This document shows positions 53,494 through 64,000 of a stretch of DNA of 64,000 nucleotides, piece after piece (positions within the stretch are counted from its first letter, which is position 1; each line of letters begins with the position of its first letter). The DNA lies in NCBI GenBank assembly GCA_964035575.1, contig OZ037846.1:1116001-1180000 (forward strand), given 5' to 3'. Both the position numbers and the translations under genes were made by a program. The notes under the pieces were generated by a model, which searched no databases, was not told the origin of the DNA, and saw only the letters and a program-made list of their open reading frames with translations. Source of the DNA: Rhynchopus sp. YZ270_cl-10. Its lineage: Eukaryota.

Positions 53494-55539
53494 ATGCATA
53501 CCAACATGGTGCTGCCGTTTCTTGCTATTTTTATGGCATCAGTTGTGCCAGTGTCAGGATCAGTTGCACCTGCAACACCAGCGCCTCCGACACCCGCACC
53601 CGTTGTTGGGCAGGCTGGACCGACATACTCAGTTGTGTTTGCACCTGAGTACAGCATGACATGGAACATTACAGGCGACATCATCACGTACGTCTTTACA
53701 TGCAGTCCGGGTCTGTGGTGTGCCTTTGGGTTTGGGACGAGCATGGCGGATGCGGACACTTACACATGCTCGCAGTCATCGTGCTTTGATGGTCACTGCT
53801 CTGGGCACGTTGTTCAGGTGCAGGACGTGCTGAACGACGTGCTTTCGTACAGCATCGTGGGTGCGACAGACTACACGTTCTCGCGCAAGGTGGACACAAT
53901 GGACGCTGTCGACACTGTCATCGTGAACCAAATGCAGGACGTGATCTGGGCGTACGGGCCGTACACAGCTGGCAACCTGGACACACACGAGGCTGGCGGA
54001 AGCTACGGGAGCTTGCAGATCAACTTTTTCACTGGTGCCTCAGCTTCGGTGGGTACGAAGAACAAGCTGGTGTACCTGATCCTCATGTTTGTGCTGCTGT
54101 TGCTGCCTGCGATGTTCGTGCCACTGACAAAGCTGTGCTGCCGCAATGCGTTTGAGGCACCACGTTTCCTGGGAAGGATGATGGTGAAGGGAGTGGGTGT
54201 CTACGTGGTGGGAGTGATGTGGGCAGGTGCGGCAGTGTGCTTCTACTACGCGAACGAGGACAGGCTGGTGTGGTACAAGTCCCTCGGCCACGTTGCGCAG
54301 CTGCTCCTGGGCATGAGCTTCTCGATGCCGTCTGGGAGGCAGAGCTGGATCTGGATCTGCTTTGGGATGCCTCACGAGAAGGTTGTGTTCTTCCACGGCA
54401 TCATCGGGTTTCTGTTCATGGCAGTCGGGACACTGCACGGTGTGATGTACATTGTGGACGGCGAGAACGCATTTACATGGGGTGGTGGACATGTGAACAA
54501 CCTTGCAGGGACGCTTGCCATTATCTTCATGTTTGCGCTGTGTGTGACGTCCCTGCCGCCTGTGCGCAGGGGTGCGTACCACTTCTTCCTGATGGCGCAC
54601 TGGTGCTTCATTCCGTTGATCCTCATCTTCAGCATCATCCACGCCACATCCACGGTGCTGTTCCTGATCCCGGGAATAGTCTCCCTGATTGCACAGAGGG
54701 TTGTGCGCAACTTCATCGTGCCCTACTACACAGTGGTGTCGAAGTGTGACACCCCTTCGCAGGCGTACTCGAAGATGCATGTCGCTCCTGCAGTTCCGCC
54801 CACAAGAGAGCCGATGTTCAACTTCCACGACATCTTCCCAGGGATGTACATCAGGGTGCGTGTGAAGTCGCTGTCGAACATGCTGCAGTCGCACCCCTTC
54901 TCTGTGATGCGTGTGCACCCGGAGACACGTGGCTTTTCCATTGTTGTGAAGAACGTGGGGAAGGGAACGTCGACGGACAACATGATCCAAGACCTGCAGA
55001 CAGGTTCGCTGCTGCGTGTGTCTGAGCCCTGCGGTGCTGCCTCGATGGACCTGCTCAACTACGACAGAGTGCTGCTTGTTGGCGGTGGTGTGGGTGTGAC
55101 ACCGTTGATTGCTGCACTGAACTACCTGCGTGCACGGAACGGAGAACCCCAAGAGCTGGAGCTGGAGGGAGAGGCAGTACAGGACAGAGTGACCCTTGTG
55201 TGGGCTGTGCGTGACGTCGAGCTTCTTGAGCTCCTTGCAGACGAGCTGATCTCGTGTATCAATGCCATGTCCGACCTGGACCTGCAGATCCACTACACAG
55301 GGGTTGTGAACGGAAACCACAACGTGTTTGGGGTGCTCGGCAGCAAAATCAAGTACGGGAGGCCTGCAATGGAGAAGGTTCTGGAAGGGTTTGGTGACCC
55401 AAAGTTGTTCAAGAGTTTGGCAGTTTTCACCTGCGGTCCACATGCACTGACTGGTGGGGCGAAGAAGGCTGTGTCAGCGTATGCAGGTCAGTACCCCTGG
55501 ATGAAGGCTGACGTTCACAACGAAACCTTTGAGATGTAG
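53494..55539 (+). CDS. Single-DOMON ferric reductase copy E (variant NAD(P)H-domain loop)
   Basis: Intact ORF; RARNGEPQELELEGEAVQD replaces KTRSVYQEMSVKGQRVRH. Confidence 0.9.
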   Translation: MHTNMVLPFLAIFMASVVPVSGSVAPATPAPPTPAPVVGQAGPTYSVVFAPEYSMTWNITGDIITYVFTCSPGLWCAFGFGTSMADADTYTCSQSSCFDGHCSGHVVQVQDVLNDVLSYSIVGATDYTFSRKVDTMDAVDTVIVNQMQDVIWAYGPYTAGNLDTHEAGGSYGSLQINFFTGASASVGTKNKLVYLILMFVLLLLPAMFVPLTKLCCRNAFEAPRFLGRMMVKGVGVYVVGVMWAGAAVCFYYANEDRLVWYKSLGHVAQLLLGMSFSMPSGRQSWIWICFGMPHEKVVFFHGIIGFLFMAVGTLHGVMYIVDGENAFTWGGGHVNNLAGTLAIIFMFALCVTSLPPVRRGAYHFFLMAHWCFIPLILIFSIIHATSTVLFLIPGIVSLIAQRVVRNFIVPYYTVVSKCDTPSQAYSKMHVAPAVPPTREPMFNFHDIFPGMYIRVRVKSLSNMLQSHPFSVMRVHPETRGFSIVVKNVGKGTSTDNMIQDLQTGSLLRVSEPCGAASMDLLNYDRVLLVGGGVGVTPLIAALNYLRARNGEPQELELEGEAVQDRVTLVWAVRDVELLELLADELISCINAMSDLDLQIHYTGVVNGNHNVFGVLGSKIKYGRPAMEKVLEGFGDPKLFKSLAVFTCGPHALTGGAKKAVSAYAGQYPWMKADVHNETFEM

Positions 55540-56600
55540 GTGACGGTGCTGTGCACACTTTCCTGAGCATTTACTTAAATTAGACAACCCACCCCACACC
55601 CTCTCTTGAACTTCTGCATGCCTCCCACCACATATTTATCATTTCCTTTTCACATTCTTGACAAGTAGTGTACCTACGTAGGCGTTTACCTGAAGTGTGG
55701 ATACAAAGTTAATCTGCCCTGAGTTGCATTCGACTCCACTGCACCACGAGGAAGGGAAGGTGGTGAGAGTTTTGACTGTTTTCTTTCAGTTCGTGAGTTC
55801 GCGAGTCTTTCTCAGGAAAGTAGTGTCTGAACAGAGCAAACTAACATAGAACGTCGTTGGCACAGTGATTGTGGATACTTCGAGAGGAACAAAAAATGGA
55901 ACGATTCCCCCACCTTTTCAAATGTTTTCTGTTCTTCCTGAATTGAAAATATGTGAATCTAATATTCTTTTATTCCCCGTTGTATTCACCTGCATGCTGG
56001 GTTCACACAAACATATGTTTTAGCAAACGGTCAAGAAGCAACTGTCTAGCTTTGTTAACTCTTTGTATCCCCTTTGGAAGAACATACATGGTTTTTTTCT
56101 CCCATACTGGGGTGATCTGGGGACTTTTTTTTCAAGATTATTCACCAGCCATTCACAAAAATTCACAACGAGGCGAAAAGACACGTGATACACCATGTGT
56201 GGGATCTTTTGTGAATTTATGTGAATCGCTAGTGTACATGTGGTGGCATGCTTCCCTGTAGGGTGGTGTACCATTTTTTCCCCCAGCGTAATTTAGGTGT
56301 AATTGTGGTGTAGTTGTGGTTAGTTGTGTGTAGTTGTGCTGAAATTGTACTGAAATTGTGCCTGATATAGGCACAGCTCAGGTGAGTATGGTGCCAGTTG
56401 TGCCCAGTTATGTCATGGGTAAAACGGTACATATTATTAGAGTATTATTAGAGTAAGAGTTGTTACAACACCAGCCCCCAAGGGACGCCCCAAAGGGCCA
56501 AAGACTCTTGCTTCTCAGGAGCTGAAGGAGGAGGTAGAGGAGATAAAAGAGGAAGAGAAGAAAAGGTATTACCCTTGTTCTCTCTTCTCTTCTCTTCTTT

Positions 56601-57074
56601 GGGGCGTTCCCAGGGCAAATTTAAAAGCAACGAAAAAATGTTTTTCTTGGAAGAGTAAAATGAAAATGAAAAAGTGTCTACACTGTAGGTAATCGCATGA
56701 AAAAAGTGTCACCCGCAAAGGGGTTTGCGGGTTGACAGGGTTTCCCTGTCTATGTGAAACAAACACGGTAATGTCTTCAGATGAAACAAAGTCTAGATTC
56801 CCCGATATCTTCAACATCTCGTCGCAGTTTGTCAATTTGTCGTGTTCGTCTTTGTTCCTGTACGTCATAAACTTCGTTCTCAACCCAACTCCAAGCACTC
56901 TCACTTCCCCAGAAATTTTTCGCACGTTCATTCTCTCAGCAAAAATTCGAAAATAATGAATATTCACAGAATTGTGGAAAAAATCGAAAAAAAATAAATA
57001 TTCGAAAGTCATGAACATAGGACAGAAATTCGCAAATCCGAATAAAAAAAAAATTCGGAAATTGGGAACGCCCC
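56601..57074 (-). mobile_element. Small TIR element carrying an inverted homologue of the 58947-59080 transposase tail
   Basis: TIR GGGGCGTTCCCA / TGGGAACGCCCC; minus strand LRTKFMTYRNKD...LTNCDE matches LRRKFMMYRNKD...LTNCDE; no TSD seen. Confidence 0.6.
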
Positions 57075-58122
57075 AAAAAATAGAAAAATTTATTTTCTAG
57101 TTGTCTTTCAACTCTTCATCTGCAGGCTTTTAGAAATTCCTAAAACGACTGCAGAAAAGCGTTGGCAGACGTCTAGCCACAAATACGGCTACGAGGAAGC
57201 TGGCCTCGAGGTATGCCTTTGAAATGAAAGGTTATGCTTGACAAAAAAAAAAAAAAAAAAAAACAAGTAATTGCTATCGGAAAAAAAACGGGGTGTGCTG
57301 TGGTTATGGGAGGACCCACACTCCTGAACACCGCCCTGTAGAAATAATCTACACTCTGCTCTTCTGCAGGTATGCAAACGCTGCCACAACCACTGGGACG
57401 CCTGCACTTGAAACGTTCAAGAACGGGGGCTGTCCCTCAGACTCCTCTTCGTCCAGCACCATTTGCTCGATGGATGGTCGGCATGTTCCAGCTCGTTGTC
57501 GTGCACAGCCTCCCACTCATCGTCGCCGGAGGAGGAGTGTGCAAGGAACACAGACGACTAACTGTCGTCGATCACACCAGGCGCATCAGCACCACCCAGC
57601 AAAGCGCCAGGCTGCTATGTTGGTTTCGAAAATCGCGCGGGGTTTCCCACAGCACACCTCGTTTTTTTCTTAGCAATTCCTTGTTTTGTTATTGTTGTTT
57701 TCCACACACCTTCCTTCAACCCTTGTAGGATCAGTTGCTATTTTTTTCTAGAAAACTTGAAATTACACATTTCAAGAGAACAAATTAAAAAGGGTCCTTA
57801 TTTGCATTTTTGGGCTCCGCCCGTGCAGTGGTGGGGTCAATCTCGAAAATTGGACAATTTTTTGACCACTTAAATTTTGAGAAATATGAGCCCGGTTCCT
57901 TATACGTGGGGCCCATTTTCGGCTAAAATTTTCCTCAAAATCTGGTTTTGTAAAATTGACCCTTTACTCCCCCCCCACATCGATTTCAATACTATACCTT
58001 ACTTCACCTACGGTTGCCCTTACAGGGGGGGTGAAGGAAGGTAAGTTGAAAAATAGGTCAGGAAGGCCACAACCCTCCCCGAAAGCCAGAAAAGAAAACT
58101 GGACCTGACCTCGGAAGATTCT

Positions 58123-59085
58123 GTGATGTACTGCACATTCTGCCGCAAGGTCATCCAGTGTCACTTCCCTCATGTGGTAAAGGGCCACATCGACTCTGAT
58201 GGGCACATAGCGGCTAAAAAAAAGGCAACTAAAAGCGGGGACACCAAAACGCCTGACACCCCTCAGTCACCCCCATTGGATTACCAAGCATTCGTAGACG
58301 ATTTCGCATACGCTGCAAATCTTGCTTGCGCTACGGAGGGACAACTGAGTTGGTTCCGTGCAGCCGTGCTCAAGCACCTCTCCATACCGAACATGCCCAA
58401 GCCAGACCGATGTGGCCTTCAAGGAGCTCGGCCAGATGTGGAAGGAGTTAGAACCCTTGGTCGGCTTTTTTGAAGCCAGCTCCAACCAGTCGGTTGGCAA
58501 ATGGGGAGCCACCACCTTTTTACCGAAAGGTGGAAGTTGCTCTTACCAAAGCAACAGGTTCTTGGTTGAAGGACTGTTGGGGTAATTACGTCAACAAACG
58601 GCTCTTTGAAGTCTTGGGGATGTTTGATCCCTCTTCTGTGTGCATGGGACTCATCGAGAGGCCCCCGGACCAGAAGGAACTCAAAGAGCTCTTTCCTGCA
58701 TGCTGGACGGATGTGGTCCACGCGGAGTACGTTGTGTACGTAGAGACGGACAACGCAATGCTGAGAGAATGGGGAAAAGCGAAAGATTTCTGGGGAAGTG
58801 AGCGTGCTGCGAAGGACTTTCCTCTCCTCTCTCCGATAGTCTCGTGCATTGAGACGATACCGGTATCAGTGACACAAGTCGACTCCTCCTTCGCTTCCCT
58901 TCGTGCGTTCATGAATGCGCTGAAAGGGAATACCAAACCCGCTGCGTTGAGAAGGAAGTTTATGATGTACAGGAACAAAGACGTGGTCGGGCGCCTGACA
59001 AACTGCGACGAGGATGTTGAAGATGTCGAAGATGTCGGGCAACCTGACTTTGTTTCATCTGATGACATTACCGTGTTTGCTTACT
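58123..59085 (+). pseudogene. Internally deleted, frameshifted hAT-like transposase (BED/CGGBP1-like finger + dimerization region)
   Basis: YCTFCRKVI...VKGHIDSDGH zinc finger; second frame FW...DFPLLSPIVSCIETIPVSVTQVDSSFASLR; catalytic core apparently missing. Confidence 0.65.
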
Positions 59086-59383
59086 GGGGGGCGAATAAGA
59101 GATCAGGGGTGAATAAGAGATCAGGGCCGAATAAGAGATCAGGTTGAGATTTTGGGGGTATTTTTTTTTTTTTTTTTTTTTTTTTGCATCCAACAGGGTT
59201 TTATCTTGAAAAAACATTTTGAAATTTTACCCTGTCTACCCGGTCTGGCAAAAAAGTGGTCAAAAAAATTTTTTTTGCCTCCGGCGAAAATGTCTTTTTG
59301 CTTTTTTTTCCCCAAAAAAATATATATATTTTTGGCTCGTCCGTTCGCCTAATAAGAGATACCACATCTCTTATTCGCCCCCC
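59086..59383. mobile_element. Small TIR element
   Basis: GGGGGGCGAATAAGAGAT / ATCTCTTATTCGCCCCCC with AATAAGAGAT subterminal repeats; TSD obscured by the C-run. Confidence 0.6.
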
Positions 59384-59673
59384 CCCCCCCCCCCCCCTAG
59401 GCATAGATGTCATGCGAAGAGATTCTTCGGATTCTTCGTATTTTCTTCGTATTCCTCTTCGCATATTCTTCGCATTCGGAAAATGCGAAGAATATGCGAA
59501 GAAAATGCGAAGAATTTTTTTCCACCAATACTTTGCCCACAAAGGGATCGAAAGTGCTAAGGTGCAGATGATCGCACTGGGAAATAAGTTGCATTTTTCT
59601 TTTATTCACGCCGTTTCCTTTAAATTTTCAACGAGTATGCAATACGTTTGGAAAATAATTTACTATATTTATA

Positions 59674-61040
59674 CATAGCGCTCCAATTAGACTCTAACTA
59701 GATAATTAGAGTCGGCAGTTCGAGTATAATTAGAGTCTTTAAAACTCTAACTGAACTCTAATACTCTAACTGGACTCTAATTAGAGTCTAATTAGAGTCC
59801 TATAAGAGGGTCAATAAAGAGGGGCACATCAATCAATGCTATAGCCATCAACCCAGGGGGCATAGCTAGTGCAAGAAATTCGAATTTGTAATCCAGAAAG
59901 TCTGTTCTCTGCTTGCAGAGAACCAGACACAAGAAAATATTGTTTGTTCCCCCAGAAAACCAGTGCACAATTCACACTCCTTGTGGATGGTCTTGTTGCC
60001 TTTGTAGCACAGGAATTTTGGCCCAGGGCATGCACTTGAAGCATGGCTATTTGGTGTATGGGGCAGGGTGTTGTTTTGTTATGAATTCTCTTTGGTATAA
60101 CATCTAAGTCAATCGCGGGTAGTTGTTCAGCGCGTTCAGGCTTGGATCTCTCCTGGGTTCATAAGTAGTATTTCTTCGGATGAAATGAACGTATGCTCGC
60201 TATAGATTTCCCGTCAACACAGCCGTTGATACTGGGATTATCCCTTCGACCCCTTAGTGGTAGTTAAACGCGATTGACATTTACATTCCTACAGATGAAA
60301 GAACAAGACACCACTTCTGTACCCGCGCATCAAAATTGTAGAAAACTTTGCACCCGAAACACCTTCAATAACGCCCGCCAAAAGGCGCCCCTTGTTGCTG
60401 GGAGTTGGTTCTCATGTTTGATACCTGCACAGCGGGCATTCCTCTGAGTCCAACGCTGCTTGGCCTGTCTGCGCCGTTGCACCGAAGGTGCACATAGAGT
60501 TTTTGCATCGCATTCCCTAATGTGTGGGTCACTCACACTTGAGGGCATGTGCCACTGCGCGGGTTTGAGTACCTGGGTACCCATAGCTGAGAATAAGCCG
60601 GGTCCCGAGTCTCGGGTTGCGCCTACTCCCGGTACTGGGTACTAGGTACAGTAGGACTAGGACTAGGCCCCCACCCTCCCGCGACCGGGTCCCCGACCCG
60701 CTTTCAGGCGGACCCACAGCGCCTTCACATATTGTGTCCTGATAACTCGGTTCCCCAAGTCTTATTTTCAGCTATGTGGGTACCTGGGCACCTGGGTCCT
60801 ACAGAGGAACCTTAGGGGGACCGGTTCCTTACGGCGTTTGCACCTACAAGAAGCCTGTTGTTTTACTCTAATTAGACTATAATTAGAGTGTAGTTAGAGT
60901 CTAATTATGCTCTAACTGCACTCTAATTATAGTCTAATTGAAGAAAAGCGACTCTAATTATACTCTAACTGGACTCTAACTGACTTGGCCCAAAATCCCA
61001 GACTCTAATTATACCCTAATACTCTAATTAGAGCGCTATG
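59674..61040. mobile_element. Nested TIR element with ACTCTAATTAGAG subterminal repeats
   Basis: CATAGCGCTC.AATTAGA / TCTAATTAGAGCGCTATG; TATA-type flanks. Confidence 0.8.
60582..60776. mobile_element. Doubly nested 195-bp hAT-type MITE
   Basis: TIR CATAGCTGAGAATAAG / CTTATTTTCAGCTATG; 8-bp TSD TGGGTACC; inverted relative at ~61336-61572. Confidence 0.85.
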
Positions 61041-62302
61041 TATATATATTCGTTTGTCTGTTTTGCTCTTTTTTGTGCTCCTCCATAACAGCTCTTCCTC
61101 TTTTTTCTGTGATATTTTGCCCCACCTTACTGTATAAAAAAGAAAACAACAGACATGGCTTCATAAATATATTGAATATCGTCAATATATTGATTTGGTG
61201 ATGAATATTATTGATTGAATATTGAAAGTATCAATAATATTGACTGAAAACTGTCAATATTTCAATAGTATTGAAATATTGATCATATTATTGAATATTG
61301 ACGTTGCAGTGCCTGATTTTTCCTTGACGGGAGGCCATGGCTGAGAATAAGACTTGGGGACCCGGGACCCGGTTATTCTCAGTGGGACTGGGCACAATAT
61401 GTCGAAAACGCTGTGAAAACGCCTGAAAGCGGGTCAGGGACCCGGGCGCGGGAGGCTGGGGCATGGATGGAGGGGTATTCCCAGTCCCTAGGACTGGGAC
61501 TGTACCCAGTGACCAGTACCCGTCCTAGTTCTAGTCCTGGGACAGTACCCGGGACCCTGCTTATTCTCAGCTCCCTTCCAGCCACAGAGTGGAGAGGCAA
61601 AGGGTCAAACTTTTCTGTTGAAGCCATGTGCGCAACATTTCAAAGATTGTGCCATAAATCGCACATTATCACAGCCAAACTATATCATGGATAGGGTAGA
61701 GCTGTGGGCTACCGCTCGTAATTCCTAAACACTTGTGTTTAGGTTTTTAAGCTTGCTGCCCTCCCAGTACCCTCCTGGTGCACCCACCCGAAAATGCACC
61801 AAAGTGTAAGATTTTTTCGGCGTTGGAAAGATTGGGCCTCAAAAATGCGAATCACCAAATCAGATCTGTGAGAGATTTGTTTTTAATTCCTATTTTCGTG
61901 TCGCGAGTTTACGTGGGAAATGCTTTAGAAACGTGCGTTCCTTAAGTACCCTGTGGGCAAAACAGGCGTTTTTCACCAAAAACCGGGATTTTCGCCTTTT
62001 TGGGTGGCTTTTTGGGCCCATACCCGGCTATATGGACTGGGAAACGCGATTCTGGGGTGCTAGAACCAGGTCTAGGCCGCACAGGGGTACTTCTGTGGGC
62101 AAAAACAACCCACAAAACCATGCACTGCGTTGTGTTCTGTGACCATTCAAGTGTTTTAGCTAGTGCACGAGGCGTTGCTATCGATTTGGTTTCGTTCTCG
62201 CTCATCAACCACACGAGCTAGCAAAAAATATTTAGGATTCGCAAAACCAAATTTTGTCCGCGCCGCAGGCGCACGGTGCGCTACTTTTTTATGGGAGTTG
62301 CG

Positions 62303-63047
62303 CAGGGCGTTCGCTATCGCCATCGTTTTTTCCTGATCGTGGCGAAATGCCAAAAAACCCGAAATTTTTGCTTTTTTACTAGTGCTTAAAATAGGTCAAA
62401 AAAAAATTTTTCCGCCGGAGAGAAGCTAGTTCGTGGGGGGTGAATCCCTGGTGCTGAGTGATCAAAAAAAATTGCGATTTGCGCGTGATCCCTTCCCCAG
62501 GACTAAAACCAGCAAAACGATGGAGAATTTCATCAATCCCCCCTCACTGAGGGTTCTCTTTGTGCTGTTTAATCGAACAGATGTACAAGAGAGAAGCATC
62601 CGTCATATGAGACTTCATCCTTATTTTGATTATTTTCAATAAACTAACCCGTCTCTCTGCCTCCACCAAGGTTGAAGATAGAGTTGACACGAGTAGTGAC
62701 ACCTTCTATAACAGGGGGTACGGGACACCTTCAGCTGACTGCAGGATTGAGGAGCGAGCGGGAGTGCTGGGGAAACTTCCTCTCACGGCAGGCGGGTTTG
62801 CGGATGATTTTGAGTACAGTGGACACCCCCTCTGTGACCCCCCCTCCGGGGGGGTCGACAGGGTGGTGGGGAGAAATCTCTCTCTCTTTTTTTTTTTTTT
62901 TCCTCCCTTTTTTTTTTTTTATTTATTTATTTATACAGGGTTTCGCCCCGGTGGGGCGAAGCCCTGGGGCGAAATAAAATGTCATTTTTTCAGGAAAAGA
63001 TTTTTTTAACGAAAAAAAATATTTTTCGCCCCGGGGCGAACGCCCTG
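62303..63047 (-). mobile_element. Second copy of the hAT deletion derivative (745 bp)
   Basis: TIR CAGGGCGTTCGC / GCGAACGCCCTG; 8-bp TSD GAGTTGCG; minus strand YPLL*KVSLLVSTLSSTLVEAERRVSLLKIIKIRMKSHMTDASLL aligns by eye to the C-terminus of the 22083-24929 transposase. Confidence 0.9.
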
Positions 63048-64000
63048 GAGTTGCGAACATACATTTGAAAAATCCATCCATCCACATATGAGAGGATCAG
63101 TGAGTAAATAGTTCCGCTTATGGGCCCAGGAGGCTTCCCCTGGTCAGGGGTGGGGTTTGCTGCTTGGAGAGGAGGTTGTTCTGGGTACAGAACGAGAAAA
63201 AAGAGTAGTTGAAACGTGCTAAAACGCAGTCGAGCTCATGCAAAGGGTAGGAGGTGGGTGTTCCGTACCGTAAGAGAACGGAGGCGGTTCACAACCGCTC
63301 GACGAATCACGCGACCTCTTTATACCCCAGCCTTTTTAACAGCCAAAAAAACTCTATGATTTTGCACGTGTTACCGTGGGACTCTAAGGGCAATCATGGC
63401 TCAGTTCGTAAACGTGCACGTGCCATTCAATGCCAAAATATTTATATCTCGTGTGTATTGTGTTTTTCTCGTCAGCGTTTTAAAAACAAAAATAGTAAGG
63501 TGGGACATAAATCACAGAAAAAAAGAGGAAGAGGTGTGCACGGAATATGCACTTCGCATTCTTCGCATATTCTTCGCATATTCTTCGCATGTTGGAAAAT
63601 GCGAAGAATATGCGAAGAATGCGAAGTAGGCGAAGAATATGCGAAGAAAATACGAAGAAAATACGAAGAATTTTTGGGATTTTTGAAAATGCGAAGAATC
63701 CGAAGAATCTCTTCGCATGACATGTATGCCTAGGGGATACGACTCCAGCCATTTTGGCTGGGACCAAACGCACGGAAAATTCATTTGGCATTATCTGGCC
63801 ATCTCCAAGGCAACTGCGGGTGAAAAACACCCTCAGAGTGGGTCACAGGGGGCCTGTGGGTCGAAAAACGACCCAGAAGCCACCCCAGAATACAAAAAAA
63901 TGGAAAAAAATAGTGAAAAAACGGCTTTTTTCACGTTTTGGCCACTTTGGGCAAAATAGCGATTTTTCGAGAAAAAAATCAAAAACCGGGATATTTTTTG

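Larger units (their letters stand above)
59402..63728. mobile_element. Large non-autonomous TIR element containing several nested MITEs
   Basis: ~37-bp TIR CATA(G/C)ATGTCATGCGAAGAGATTCTTCGGATTCTTCG; flanked by CCTAGG on both sides; GCGAAGAAT subterminal repeats at both ends. Confidence 0.85.

Overview
Eukaryotic genomic DNA. Host genes all lie on the + strand in tandem arrays, the intron is GTATGT...CA-rich-CAG, and there is a spliced-leader-like relic, which together suggest a euglenozoan, probably a diplonemid (inference only). Host genes: two GH92 alpha-mannosidase paralogues with one intron each, and a five-copy array of DOMON + ferric-reductase/NOX-type flavocytochrome genes (one with 5 DOMON domains, one frameshifted, three near-identical). 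Mobile DNA: one intact-looking APE/RT LINE, one intact hAT transposon with a perfect 8-bp TSD, a decayed second hAT-like transposase, and many nested non-autonomous TIR elements with 2-8 bp TSDs. The most striking object is the LINE. It starts with the 3' end of a spliced-leader-like sequence. ORF1 and ORF2 are in the same frame, separated by a single TGA-C, and a 2A-like GDIHPHPGP motif follows 28 codons later. It ends in a stem-loop that recurs about 9 more times in the window with stem-preserving changes. All calls were made by eye; no database searches were run.
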